A stretch of 64,000 nucleotides of DNA from Octopus vulgaris (taxonomy: Eukaryota), in contig OX597819.1 of assembly GCA_951406725.2 (NCBI GenBank), positions 7,936,001 to 8,000,000 on the forward strand. The letters are read 5' to 3'. The notes below the pieces were generated by a model, which worked only from the letters and a program-made list of their open reading frames with translations, was not told the origin of the DNA and ran no database searches. The translations under genes and the position numbers were made by a program. Of the stretch, positions 42,101 to 56,653 are shown in pieces (position 1 is the stretch's first letter; each line of letters opens with the position of its first letter).

Positions 42101-43196
42101 AAATATATTTGCGAAAACTTAGGTCCTCTTTATGTAAGACAATTTCACAAAGTCTATTACAAGTTCCTTTTGTTCCAGGTAGAAAGTACGGCTGCTATTT
42201 GAGAAATAAAAGGAGTATCGTAATTTCTCTTGGGACATCAGCTACTGACCAAATTGAAATGTGTGTCACAGTTGATAACTAAATTGATAGACGATATGTA
42301 AATGTTAGTTACAAGAAGTTATGTTCAAACAAGTTCCGTGGAAGTGTCAGGATCCGTTAATTCAAATGAAGTATGATGTGCTTTCTATGACCAGTTTGAA
42401 CATAGCTGAATTTTGGGAAACCCGCGTCATTTCAGAAAAGGCCGTGTAGTAGTCTATGTAGCTAAATAGAGTAACTTCCCTTTTCTAAGTTTTTCAAAGC
42501 ATCTGTGTCATGAGACGTGATTCTTAATTATTCAAGAAGCTTAGCATTTCTCTTGGAAGTTTCTAGAATGTCTAGCGTTTCATTAATAAAAGCAGCTTGA
42601 TAACCCTGCTCTTCGCTTCATAGCCGATTAGACTTAGAGCCATTCACGTCATTGCTATGTCCGTCTATTTCTCTACGCCACATGAATGAAAGCCACCACT
42701 TAGCTGTTATTTCTACATTTCCTATCTCTGACCTTTCTTGCATAATTTACTTCATTCATCCAGATTCTACATTTTGATTATGTATCATCATCGAGCAGTA
42801 AATAAAATATACTTTTATGAAGTAAATATATAGTTCTTGTAGTCTTCATCTCTGTATGAACTCCTGTAATAATATACAAGCAGCCATCTCAACACCTGGT
42901 ACTGAATACATATATTCCTAATACAGCCGTAATAGGGTATAAGGGCTGGAAGATAATGCACACCCTGGATAATGGTACAGAATAAAGAAACAATTTCCTT
43001 GAGAGAAGAAATATCACATTGTAAAAAGAAATTATTCTCAGAGAGAATGAAAACGGCATGGAGAAAGGATGCATAGACATCAATTTTGTTAAAATATCAT
43101 AAACATTATATGAATTTAGGAAAATCAGACAAAAGGTAAGTTTTCCGAATATAATTTCTATGAAACTAATATGAGATTATACCAAAGACTAATATA

Positions 43197-43590
43197 GGCG
43201 CAGGAGTGGCTGTGTGGTAAGTAGCTTGCTTACCAGCCACATGGTTCCGGGTTCAGTCCCACTGCGTGGCATCTTGGGCAAGTGTCTTCTACTATAGCCT
43301 CGGGCCGACCAATGCCTTGTGAGTGGATTTGGTAGACGGAAACTGAAAGAAGCCCGTCGTATATATGTATATATATATATGAGTGTGTGTTTGTGTGTCT
43401 GTGTTTGTCCCCCTAGCATTTCTTGACAACCGATGCTGGTGTGTTTATGTCCCCGGTTCGGCAAAAGAGACCGATAGAATAAGTACTGGGCTTACAAAGA
43501 ATAAGTCCCGGGGTCGAGTTGCTCGACTAAAGGCGGTGCTCCAGCATGGCCGCAGTCAAAATGACTGAAACAAGTAAAAGAGAGAGAGAG
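43197..43590 (+). mobile_element. SINE family B
   Basis: Full-length copy. Confidence 0.9.
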
Positions 43591-43597
43591 ATGGAGC

Positions 43598-44139
43598 CAG
43601 GGTCGGTGCTAGGAAGTGCAGATCCGAATTATAAGAATTGTCAGTGGGGCGCTGTATCCTACAATATCTGAGGACTGATGTTTTATGCTTCGTGCAGTAA
43701 GCCGGTCCCAACCAAAAGCATTGATGGTTGAGGCTTCACCATTAGTTACAATGACATATTAAAATTTGAAAGCTTTTATGAAAGTGATAATGTTTTTTTT
43801 TTTTTTACAAGTCAAGATAATTACTGATAGACTGTTTGTGAGTAGGCTTTGTGCTTGTGGCGGTAATTTAGCCGAGCTGATTATGATGCCCTAAATATCA
43901 GACGTTGCCAGGCACGCATTTCGCAGAATATAAATACTGCAGTTAAATAAGACGTTTTTCTAAAGTCATGGGGTAAATCCGCTTGTCGTAAAAGAAACCA
44001 AAAAAACCCTTAGATATTTTTGCTTGACACAGTCAAAGGGTTTAATTCATCATAACACCTTGAACGTGTGCATGGGGCCCTTTCTTGGCGCTGGGTCCAG
44101 TTTGAACTCATCTGTCTAATTGGTTTCAAACCGGCCCTG
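43598..44139. mobile_element. Possible old hAT-like MITE
   Basis: Termini CAGGGTCGGT ... ACCGGCCCTG are inverted; no matching 8-bp TSD. Confidence 0.4.
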
Positions 44140-44441
44140 TATACAGTGCAGGATAAATAAAATAAAATGTGTCATCCGGATAAAGGAAAAATCGCAGTAA
44201 ATCATTTATCTATACGGAAAGACTCTGTCGCATCCATATACTTCATTACCAAAATATGTCAAAAGTGAACTGCTGTTAATAATATAGTCAAAGTTTAAGG
44301 TCTTAATTTTTATTTTAGTAACGTACAAATTATGAACGAAATTTGTACTTGATAAATCAACAGACAAGACTAGCAGGAAGTCATTGCTTGACTTGGAAAT
44401 ACCAGACACGCACGGCAGTCCCAAATAAAGCAAGCAATGTA

Positions 44442-45732
44442 TTAGGTCATCCCATAAGTTTTGTCCGATTTTACCTTTTTTAAAATTGAATGAAATTTAA
44501 TAGTATTTTACAATGTCTAATGGAATTATAAATTATTTCGATGCATTTGTGTACATTTAAACTAATTAAATATTATTTTACAGAATAATAGAATTAAAAT
44601 ATTTTTTTATTAAAACCCTTTCTAACATGGAAGTATCCAAAGAGCTTTTGAGGCACATAATGCTTTATGAGTACAAAAAAGGAAACTCTGCGATTCGAAA
44701 CATACACTCAGTTTATGGGAAAGGATGCTTGAATGAAAGAACTTGCAGGAGATGGTTTGCAAAATTTAGAAGTGGAGATTTCAGCCTTGAAGATGAAGAT
44801 CGAACAGGTCGTCCAGTTGAGTTTGAGGATAAGCTCCTTGAGGCATTACTTGAAGAAAATCCTGCATTATCAGTTGCAGAAATGGCAACAAAGCTTAGTT
44901 CAAACCATACAACTGTTCATCGTTATCTGCAACAACTTGGAAAGTTTCCTAAACTTGGAAAATGGGTGCCTCATGAATTATCCGAAAGCAACCGCAAATC
45001 CTGAGTTGACATCTGCTCTTGTCTTCATTCTCGCGAACTCATTTCACCCTTTTTGGATAGACTAGTGACTGGTAACGAAAAATGAATCTTCTATCGAAAT
45101 GTTAAACGTCGTACACAGTGGCTTGGTAAAAGGGAAAAAGCTCAACCACAACCGAGAAGGGAACTTCATGTGAAAAAATGTTTTTTTCTGTCTATCTGGT
45201 GGGATTGCAAAGGAATAATTCACATTGAATTGTTACCACTTAATGCAACAATTAATGCTCAAGTCTACTGTCAGCAATTAGAGCATTTGAACCAAGCTTT
45301 GAAGAAAAAAAAAGACCCGCTTTAGTGAATCGAAAAGGAGTGATGTTTCATCAGGACGCTGCGTGACCCCACGCTGCAAAGATCACATCACAGAAGATCG
45401 AGAGCTGGGTTGGGAAAAATTCCCCATCCACCTTATTCTCCCGACCTTCAGACCTTGCTCCTTCAGACTACCATTTGTTTCGTAGTTTACAGAATCATTT
45501 GGGGGACATAACTTTCGCAAACCAGGAGGAGGTCCAAACTGACATTTCAGAGTTCTTCATTTTGAAACCAAAAGAGTTTTACATTGATGGGATTAAAAAG
45601 TTTGTAAATTGATGGAAGGGATTCATAGATGATCAGGGAAAGTACATTGATGATTAAATTTCAATTAAATATAACATTTGACCACTTGTTTTCTTTATTT
45701 AAAATTCGGACAGATCTTATGGGATGACCTGA
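44442..45732 (+). mobile_element. Mariner transposon, near full-length, transposase pseudogene (44627-45657)
   Basis: TIRs T(T/C)AGGTCATCCCATAAG..TGTCCGA; TA on both flanks; WVPHEL and YSPDL(APSDYHLF) motifs; several stops and frameshifts. Confidence 0.95.
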
Positions 45733-46158
45733 TATATATGTATAATTCAGTGCTGTACATTAATACAATACAGAACTTTTGATGTTGGACAACAGAAACA
45801 CTAAAACGCTGAACACATTACCTTGCCATATTGAGTTCTATCTCTTTTTAGTCTGTGTTCAAATATCGCAACAATAATAAATCTAATATGTTCAAAAGCG
45901 AAATCGTTTCCACACAGATTTGATCTTAGAACGTAGAGGTTCATAAAATAACTGGTGTACACCAGTTAGTTCATGTAGAGTGCACTTTATATCTCACTAC
46001 TAACTTGCTTGTTTGCTTGATTGATTCATAATTTTAGTAACGTCTTGTCTTTAGAATATTATTTTAATCAAGATATTATGAATCATTTTGTTATTGCTGA
46101 TGACAATATCACCATACGTGTGTTCATATGTGCTTGTGTGTGTCTGTAAGTATATGTA

Positions 46159-46236
<78 letters not shown>

Positions 46237-46918
46237 TTCCTCATATTTCAGTGTCAAGTGGTTTATTGTCCAAAAACTTCTTGAAAGAGATTTTGAACAC
46301 ACAGACACATACGCATGTATATATATGTGTGTGTGTGTATATGTATGTGTATGTGTGTAAGTGTGTGCGTGCTTGTGTTTGTGTGAGTGTGCACATACAA
46401 TTCACAGTTGGTGGATTTTCTATATTTAATGATATTTTGGCTGAATATGACGATATTACTTATGTATTCCCCCAAGAACGCTAACAATAATTGTATGTAG
46501 TCTCTAGAATAACAGCCACCGTATTATTACAGTACTCCCTTGATGTTTTCAGTTCGTAAAAGCTATACATATATACACACACGTATGTATACATGTATGT
46601 ATAACTAACTTTAAGCCATCTCCATCTCCATCAGTTCGTGCAGCAGTGAATATAGTGTTGACTTTATAAGCTTGCACTATTGGTTAGGATGTTCAGGGTT
46701 CGCGCATGCAACTTGTCTTATATTAATGTTGAGAAGTCCACATGTGTTCGCGTGTGTTCCATCGTACATTCGGTCATATGAAGGGATGAAGGGATTATCT
46801 AGAGTAGACATATGTAAATAACCCTTTTTTCAGATGTAACCAGGGAGCAATTCATCTTAGCATTAGAAATTAAGGAAAGACTTTTCAGATGTTAAACTAT
46901 AATACTATATAGTCCTCA

Positions 46919-47308
46919 GTGAAGGCGCAATGGCCCAGTGGTTAGGGCAACGGACTCGCGGTCATAGGATCGTGGTTTCGATTCCCAGACCGGGCGTTGT
47001 GAATGTTTATTGAGCAAAAACACCTAAAAGCTCCACGAGGCTTCGGCAGGGAATGGTGGTGATCCCTGCTGTACTCTTTCACCACAACTTTCTCTCATTC
47101 TTACTTCCTCTTTCTGTTGTACCTGTATTTCAAGGGGCCGGCCTTGTCACTCTCTGTGTCACGCTGAATATCCCCGAGAACTACGTTAAGGGTGCACGTG
47201 TCTGTGGAGTGCTCAGCCACTTACACGTTAATTTCACGAGCAGGCTGTTCCGTTGATTCGGATCAACCGGAGCCCTCATCGTCGCAACCGACGGAGTGCT
47301 TCCATCCC
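46919..47308 (+). mobile_element. SINE family A
   Basis: TSD ATATAGTCCTCA. Confidence 0.92.
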
Positions 47309-47592
47309 ATATAGTCCTCAAATATTTCAGTCTAGCTAACTGATACAGGGTGTAACATATCTCGTGCTAGTTGACTAGACGGAATTAGCTGAGATAAACT
47401 GTCTTGGCAAGAGATAAGGATGAACGTTTTCAACCATGATGTTTCTGTTCACAAGTATCTCACGTGAGATCTGCAGGCATGCTACCAGGTTTCGAGGATA
47501 ATCGGAAAATGCAACGATTGCAGGTTTTTAATACACATCAAAAATGTATGTATATGCCTTTACGGCTAATATCGCAACAACAATAAATCTAA

Positions 47593-47990
47593 TTTTATAT
47601 ATAAAAGTGAGGTTGTGTGCTGTCTGTCTCCTACGATTTAGATTCCTAACTACTCACACATTTTGCTGTGCAGTTTAACCAAAACCGGGTATCTTATAGT
47701 CGTGATTCATATCGAGCCCTTCTGGGTATTAGCGCGCGTCTACGATGAGTCTACGATTTTAAAAATAATTTACCATAAATTTTCCCCATTTTTAATGCAT
47801 TTTTGGCATATATAAGGGAAGTAACTCTCTAAAAATTTATTATTAAATCTCAGAACCTAAAAAGCTACAGTAACACCCACCTCCCTTTGTGGTTAGCCAT
47901 ATTGAGATGGCTATTATACTTTACATCTCTAAAAATGCTTATATAGTTATTTCCCTTACAAACCCGAGCAACGCCGGGCGATACTGTTAG
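47593..47990 (+). mobile_element. Non-autonomous Helitron, copy 3 (termini mutated to TT...TTAG)
   Basis: Near-identical to copies 1 and 2; inserted between A and T. Confidence 0.85.
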
Positions 47991-48293
47991 TATGTCCTAA
48001 AGAAAATACATATGTCCATATGTGTTTTCAAACAATTTTATACGAATTCAGAAATTAACGTTCTACTCCGAGTTTCGCCCTTGGATGAGTTCTACTATTT
48101 ACAATTGTTACATTACGACACGCACGCACGCACGTACACACACGTACACACGCGCGCACACACACAAGTATGTTCGTGTATATGCGTGTAACCATAGTGG
48201 AGTATGCGAATGTGTGGTGTTTCATCTTTCAACAAATGGATAGTTTAACACTGTATCGAGTAGTTTGTTGCTCTTTCGTTCACATTCACTATC

Positions 48294-48307
48294 ACACACA
48301 CACACAC

Positions 48308-48347
<40 letters not shown>

Positions 48348-48445
48348 ACACACACCCACACACACACACACACACAAACACACACTCGTACACACACACA
48401 CACGCGCGCGCGCATGCACACACACACACTCAAACACACACTCGT

Positions 48446-48486
<41 letters not shown>

Positions 48487-48540
48487 CGCACACACACACA
48501 CTCAAACACGTACACACGTACACACAACCACACACGCATG
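48294..48540. repeat. (CA)n microsatellite
   Basis: Directly visible. Confidence 0.95.
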
Positions 48541-49585
48541 CTGGCTAGGAATATTGTTTGTACTACTATCGATCATCATCATCATCACGATAGTACACAA
48601 CACCCGTAGTACCCGGATACAGATGAGAATCGATTACCAGGCTCCGGTTTCGGTCTGTAGGGCGATGGTAATTTTCTCCTTAACGTCGATAACCTTCAGC
48701 ATCTGCCATGTGTTTATTACAGAATTCATGCACACACATACACGCTTGCACACACGTGGTTGCACACATACACACACACACCAACATGAACACACACGCA
48801 CACGAACACAACCAAACACACCCATACACACTAAGCCACACTACATACTACGCGCACGATCGAAAACACAAGTACGCATTCAACAAGCGTGAGAATGCAC
48901 ACGCATACAAACAAGATTTATATATATCATATATACGAAAACAAGATGTATATATATCATATATACGAATACATACAAACAGTGTCAGACATATAATTAT
49001 ATATATGCGTATGAGTCTGTGTATGTGTGCATGCCTATACATACATACATATATACGTATATATATGTGTGTGTGTGTGTGTGTGTGAGTGTGTGTGTGT
49101 GTAAACCCGACCTGTATGAAGAAAGCTTATCAAGTCATACCAAAGTAACGACATGTCATAGTTACGACTATAAGATTGTTCTTGTTTTCTTGCTCGATGA
49201 TACATGGATTTTCTTTGAATTATAAAGGAGTATCAACGAGTTTCAAAAAAAAAAAAAAAAAATGAACAGAAGTTGATTCTGCTGCGTTTCCATGCTCATT
49301 TAGTTCTAATATAGGAACAAGCTGGGCAGTATTCAAATGTAGTTTACATTCAAAATTAGGCTTTAGCAAAAGATTATTCACATTTTTTCATAATCAGAAA
49401 TTAAAGGGAAGATCAGCGTTGTTAGCTGATTGTAAACGCGTTACATAGTATTTACTTTCCATTTACATAGCTCCAGAAAGATGCTTTTTTTTTATCAATG
49501 ATGGACTAGGTGGACGTTTCATTAATAATAGTACAATGCATGTGCACACATATTTTATATAAATAAAACTTGTATGTATGTGTGA

Positions 49586-49638
<53 letters not shown>

Positions 49639-50195
49639 TGAGAGAGAGAGAGAGAGAGCGAGTGCGTCTGTAGGTATGTGAGCAGGCGCAATATAAAGAC
49701 TAAGCTTGGAGAAGTTATCTGACAAGCAAAAATAGTAGCCAAATCTCGCATGAATCACACCCGCCGGCCATCTTAAAAAATTGAAGATTGCACTGGATTG
49801 TTGTTGGCGATATATGTTGATGTATTTAGATACTAGGTTTCAATTCTGTTTTGTATTAATACCGCTTGTGGAGATGGGGACGAAAATGGTGTTGGCGGTG
49901 GCGGTTCTTCATAGTGATAGTTATAGGGAGTGCAAAAAATGAAACAGATACTAGAAAATTTTGAATTTACCTATGTTATATAGGGACGAAAACTTTCCCA
50001 CATCGTTCGCTTGGCCTTCAGCAAATAATATTTATTGTAAATTTTACCCGGGATCTCTAGATTCTGTATATTGCCATGTTGAATTCGGTTCTTGTTGTTT
50101 CACTCCATCACAGCTTGATCGAGCAGAAAAAATACAACCGTTACCAACTTATCCCTTGTCTTACAAACAGCGTATTTAGAGCTATATCATCTTTT

Positions 50196-50584
50196 GTGGA
50201 GGCGCAATGGCCCAGTGGTTAGGGCAGCGGACTCGCGGTCATAGGATCGCGGTTTCGATTCCCAGACCGGGTGTTCTGAGTGTTTATTGAGCGAAAACAC
50301 CTAAAGCTCCACGAGGCTCCGGCAGGGGATGGTGGTGATCCCTGCTGTACTCTTTCACCACAACTTTCTCTCACTCTTACGTCCTGTTTCTGCTGTACCT
50401 GTATTTCAAGGGGCCGGCCTTGTCACTCTCTGTGTCACGCTGAATATCCTAGAGAACTACCCTAAGGGTGCACGTGTCTGTGGAGTGCTCAGCCATGTAC
50501 ACGTTAATTTCACGAGCAGGTTGTTCCGTTGATTCGGATCAATCGGAACCCTCATCGTCGTAACCGACGGAGTGCTTCCATCCC
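50196..50584 (+). mobile_element. SINE family A
   Basis: TSD ATATCATCTTTT. Confidence 0.92.
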
Positions 50585-51039
50585 ATATCATCTTTTAAAA
50601 CGGTAGGATGTTCCATAGGATTAAAATATTACTGAACCGGAAGTTGTTGGGAAAAGAAACTGTGTAAGCATGATTGCCAGACATATAAGAATACACTAAT
50701 AGATTCAGCGAAATAATATAAAGACATAAGAAACACAGTGACGAAAAAGCTGTGAGGGAGTGCATTTGGATACTTAAATTCTGGTATTAGGAACACATAC
50801 ACGTAAACCGCGACCCGCACATCCATACCTGCACACATAATTACACACACACACTATATATATATATTTATATATATTCATATACGTATGCATATATGTG
50901 CATGTATATATGCATATATAGGTGTAAATATATATACGTATATATATATATGCGTGTGTATATGTGTGTGTGTGTGTGTCTGTATACACACACAGACACA
51001 TTCACAAATATATATACATATATGCATACATACACGCAC

Positions 51040-51079
<40 letters not shown>

Positions 51080-51243
51080 ATGTATCTATGTATGTATGTA
51101 TACATATATACACATATATATTTACAGAAAGAGAAAGAAAGATAGAGAAGCTATGATAGATCAATAGACAGCTAGATAGACTGTAAATTATGGAAATAGA
51201 CATTGAAAATGAATGCCAATGTTGGAAAATGAATGATGTAAAA

Positions 51244-51299
<56 letters not shown>

Positions 51300-51502
51300 A
51301 TCCTACTACTACTACTGCTGCTGCTGCTACTGCTACTACTACTATATAATATTAATAATAATAATAATAATAATAATAAAAATAATAATGATAATAAAAA
51401 TAATAATAATGATAACAACAACAATAATAATCATAATAATAATTGTATTAATAAAATAACAAGGATGGTGATAGTATCGGAAGTAGTATTAATAACAACA
51501 TC

Positions 51503-51573
<71 letters not shown>

Positions 51574-51599
51574 TGATAATAATAATAATAATAATAATC

Positions 51600-51689
<90 letters not shown>

Positions 51690-51701
51690 TTGATGATGAT
51701 G

Positions 51702-51756
<55 letters not shown>

Positions 51757-51797
51757 TGATGATGATGATGATGATAATAATGATGATGATGATGATG

Positions 51798-51839
<42 letters not shown>

Positions 51840-51850
51840 TCATAACAACA
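51244..51850. repeat. (TAC)n and (AAT)n/(GAT)n arrays
   Basis: Directly visible. Confidence 0.95.
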
Positions 51851-52754
51851 ACAGCGACAACAACCAAATTGACTACAAAAGATGACGATACATTTTTTTG
51901 ATATTCTTCTACTACGTGGCACTATATAATTCTTGTTGGATGTTGGAGAGTTACCACAACACAGCGTAACAAACTTTTGGTTCACCATTGTACATTGTCC
52001 ATTTGGCAAGATCGTAGCAAGATCAAATACCAGAGAAATATCAATCATTTTCTTATGCTACTCTCTCTGTCAGTTCCTCACTCTCCCCTCACTTGTTTAG
52101 ACAATTTGCCCAGTAATATGATTTACGACAGACATGTTTGAATAATAAGTTATACAATTTATTCAATTCATATTTTTACCTCCGAGATGACATGAGAAAA
52201 GTATTATGTTTGTTTGTTTGTTTAGTTGGTTGCTTGGTTGGTTGGCTGGCTGGTTGTTTTGTGTGTCTATGTATGCATATTCTTACAAACTCACACATAT
52301 ATACATGTATAGATACATACATACATGAATGCATAGATAAATACATACATACACACACACATACATGTTTATGTATATACATACAGGCATACATATATAT
52401 ACATACATTAACACGCACTTGCACCTACCGCATATATTTTAGTGTAGACACATTTATAGGTGAATATATAAGTATATGAACATTGTTATGTATATGCATA
52501 TCTATGCTAATACATGCATATATATATATATCATATACATGCATAAACATAACTCTCATCTCACCAGACTCCTTTGTCGAGTATTAGATTGCTTCTTGAT
52601 AATGGATCAAGCCGAGACTATGACTCCATTTTGTACGCGACATTGTTGCGCACCACTTCGTTTAATATGTACTCTTATTGTACGAGAGGAGTGCGTAAAA
52701 ATTGATGGGGTTTAAGTTAAGCAGGGATAGCTAAGTAGTTGCATGTTCCGCAAA

Positions 52755-52801
<47 letters not shown>

Positions 52802-53009
52802 CACATATATATATATATATATATATATAAATTTGCGAGACACAGGCGATAGCAGGCCAAAAATTGCATTGAATCCGAGTCAGGCGTGTGTGAGCGATGT
52901 CGAGAGAACGTCCGCTACGAATGATATTTTTTGACACAGGGCACCTCTAAGACGACCAGACGCTGAACGAAAATAAACGAACCTCGAGCATTCTGCCATT
53001 GCGTCCCGC

Positions 53010-53990
53010 ACATCTTGCTCGGCTCGAGCAACTCGCGTCCCTGTTCATCTACCAGAGACCGAATGGTGGCTTTGTTGCCCCGTTGCACCTCCGCCACCCG
53101 GGCCTCTCTCGCGGCTCCAACACCTTCCATCCTTAGAGCACACATCCTAGCCCTGACAGCACACCCTTCGTGTTTGGCGTTGAAGTGTTGGTTGAGGGCC
53201 AACCTGACCGCCAAAACGTCGGATGTGATGCCGCTTCTTATTGCCTCTTCTAACTTCTTAACTAGCTCACCCTCTACTCTGTTTCTCTCTATGGCTAGTG
53301 TTTTGCTATATCTAATGGCGTCTGCTTTTACTGCTCTCCTGAGGGCAAACCACCATTTGTTGTTGACGATGGCTCCCGTCAAAGCCCTCTTTACTAGTGT
53401 GCTAATTCGGTTTCTGAAAATCTGTCTCGACGGGAAAGACGCGTTCAGTTTCCCGTAACCGAGACCCTGCCTATGTGCCTTATCTAAGTCTAGCGTACAC
53501 GTCACAAGTTTGTGATCTGTGTTGCTGACTATGTGGAATTGTGGACATCCTAAGCTATCCCTATCTGCTGTCCTGCATAGTATCATATCTAGATACGATC
53601 TCGACGACCCAATGCGGTTGCTCCATGTCCACGTTGGCACATTTGGGTGGTCGAGGCGGTACCTGTCAGACAGTTGAAAGCATCTGAGCAGGTGTCTGAG
53701 GCATTTACATCCCCGTCTATTTTCGTCTCTCCCCACGTAGTCTAGATGCGTGTCCAAGGGAGCATTCCAATCCCCCACTAAAAGTAAAGGACGAGACGTT
53801 CACAGGAATACTTCTAGACGTCGAAAGACATCCGGCCGACCTGTTAAAGGCGGTGCATAGACTGCCGTCGATATCCAGAACCAGTCTACCCTCCGGGTCT
53901 ACGAATATCGTCTTTACTTCGAGATCCAGACTCTTGCGAAAAAGTACCACCGTGCCACTACCGCCCATTCTTGGCAGACAGGGAGAAAAA
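53010..53990 (-). pseudogene. Tx1-like LINE ORF2 fragment: AP endonuclease and linker, frameshifted, no RT
   Basis: ORFs 53717-53968 and 52915-53778 give GTVVLF, DPEGRLV, GDWNA, TWTW, SYLDMI, TDHKLV, GYGKLN. Confidence 0.88.
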
Positions 53991-54011
53991 TGATAGATAG
54001 ATAGATAGACT

Positions 54012-54089
<78 letters not shown>

Positions 54090-54098
54090 CAGATAGAC

Positions 54099-54152
<54 letters not shown>

Positions 54153-54179
54153 TTAGACAGATAGATAGATAGATAGATA
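53991..54179. repeat. (GATA)n microsatellite
   Basis: Directly visible. Confidence 0.97.
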
Positions 54180-54914
54180 TGTGTATAGTGTTAAATATCG
54201 AGTTTCTCCCTTCCTCCTACACTACCCCACATCTCCAACACCCCCTCCTAGGCGCACACGCATACTCACATCTAAATCTATGAATATTTATCAGCGGAGT
54301 GTTATTAGCCAATTCCTGGCAACAGTTGCGATGGTTTGTTCGTTTCCTTCCAGTTGTCAAATCAACGTTAAATGAAATTATAGATGTAAAGAAAGGCAGA
54401 AAGAAAGAAAGAAGCAAGAGAAGACGGAGATGAAGAAATTAAGAAAGACAGGAAAGAAGAAAGTGAGAAAGAAAGACGGAAAGGGTGAAAGAAATAAGGA
54501 AAGGAATTGTACTGCAATAATTTTACATTACTTTCTTTTCCTTATCCTCAGTATCCGCACCAGCAGAAGGCTTCGATAGTTTCAGCACTAACAACGGTAC
54601 GAGCACTATCTCTTCTCCGCGTCATCACCAGCACCGTTACTGCAACCATCAACACCACCACCACCACCACATCCCCTCCACCGTCATCGCCACCGCCGCC
54701 GCCGCCACAACCGCCACCACCGCCACCACCGCTGTCGACCTTCTCAACGTATCTTTTTATTAATTGATACCATTCGGTCTTCAAATGTTGCTTCTAGATG
54801 TTCAGTGGTCAAACCGCTAAAACATTTCCGTTCGGCCCCAGGGTTTCTCCTTATACATGCCTGCTTTTCTGTCTGCCTATCTGCCTGTCTACCTGCCTTT
54901 CTGATCGCCTGTCT

Positions 54915-54981
<67 letters not shown>

Positions 54982-55420
54982 AGGGGGGGAGAGAGAGAAA
55001 GAGAGAGATAGGAGAAGGAAGGTGGAAAAAGCAAGAGAGAAAGAGCAGAGAAAGACTGATTTAAGTCCCCGTGTGATGTCCTTGCTTTTCTTCCCCGGTC
55101 TCTCTGGGTTAGAACAAAGACAATGCCGATAAGTCTGGGAGAAATTTCTGGGTGTAGAGGTGCTCCAGATAGTCAGCGCAAACTCAAGCTGCGCAAAATC
55201 TATAAGTTTAATGGTTGGTTGTTGACTCCTTCCAGCTCTGATGGAAGCAAGTATATGATGAAAGGCACTCGAACAATGATCATACTGTCTATTAAGAAGT
55301 ATTAAAATCAATTATCTACTTTGTTTTCTTTCTTAAGACAACAGTCTGTGATTTGAGGGATATTTGGCTACTATTTTTAAGATGTGGAATAGCTTAGTAA
55401 AAGGTCCCTTGACAGTTATA

Positions 55421-56653
55421 TCAGGTCATCCCTTAAGTTCTGTCCGATTTTACCTTTTTTAAAATTGAATGAAATTTAATAGTATTTTAGAATGTCTAAT
55501 GGAATTAAAAATTATTTCGATGCATTTGTGTACACTTAAACTAATTAAATATTATTTTACAGAATAATAGAATTTAAAATTTCTTTGATTAAAACCCTTT
55601 CTAACATGGAAGTATCCAAAGAGCATTTGAGGCACATAATGCTTTATGAGTACAAAAAAAGAAAACTGCGATCCGAAACATACACTCAGTTTATGAGAAA
55701 CGATGCTTGAATGAAAGAACTTTACAGAAGATGGTTTGCAAAATTTAGAAGTGGAGATTTCAGCCTTGAAGATGAAGATCGAACAGGACGTCCTGTTGAG
55801 TTTGATGATAAGCTCCTTGAGGCATTACTTGAAGAAAATCCTGCATTATCAGTTGAACAATTGGCAATAAAGCTTAGTTCAAACAATACAACTGTTTATC
55901 GTCATCTTCAACAACTTGGAAAGTTTCCTAAACTTGGAAAATGGGTGCCCCATGAATTGTCCGAAAGCAACCGCAAATCCTGAGTTGACATCTGCTATTC
56001 TCTTCATTCTCGCGAACTCATTTCACCCTTTTTGGATAGACTTATGACTGGTAACGAAAAATGGATCTTCTATCGAAATGTTAAACGTCGTACACAGTGG
56101 CTTGGTAAAAGGGAAAAAGCTCAACCACAACCGAGAAAGGAAAAAATGTTTTTTCTGTCTATCTGCTGGGATTCACTTTGAATTGTTACCACCTAATGCA
56201 ACGATCAATGCTCAAGTCTGCTGTCAGCTATTAGGGCGTTTGAGCCAAGCTTTAAAGAAAAAAAAGACCCGCTTTAGTGAATCGAAAAGGAGTGATGTTT
56301 CATCAGGACACTGCGTGACCCCATACTGCAAAGATCACATCACAGAAGATCGAAGAGCTTGGTTGGGAAAAAATTCCTCATCCACCTTATTCTCCCGGTC
56401 TTGCTCCTTCGGACTACATTTGGGGGACATAACTTTCGCAAGCCAGGAGAAGGGCGAAACTGACATTTCAATGTTCTTCATTTTGAAACCAAAAGAGTTT
56501 TACATTGATGACATCAAAAAGCTTGTAAATAGATGGAAGGAAGCCATAGATGATCAGGGAAAGTACATTGATGATTAAATTTCAATTAAGTATAACATTT
56601 GATCACTTGTTTTCTTTATTTAAAATTCGGACAGAACTTATGGGATGACCTGA
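55421..56653 (+). mobile_element. Mariner transposon, second copy of the same family, pseudogene
   Basis: TA|TCAGGTCATCCC...GGGATGACCTGA|TA; WVPHEL; small deletions relative to copy 1. Confidence 0.95.

Noticed and set aside
42165-43145. Consensus-like splice sites (TTCCAG at about 42178, AG|GTAAGT at about 43136)
   Set aside because: The adjacent frames contain stops and no recognisable protein
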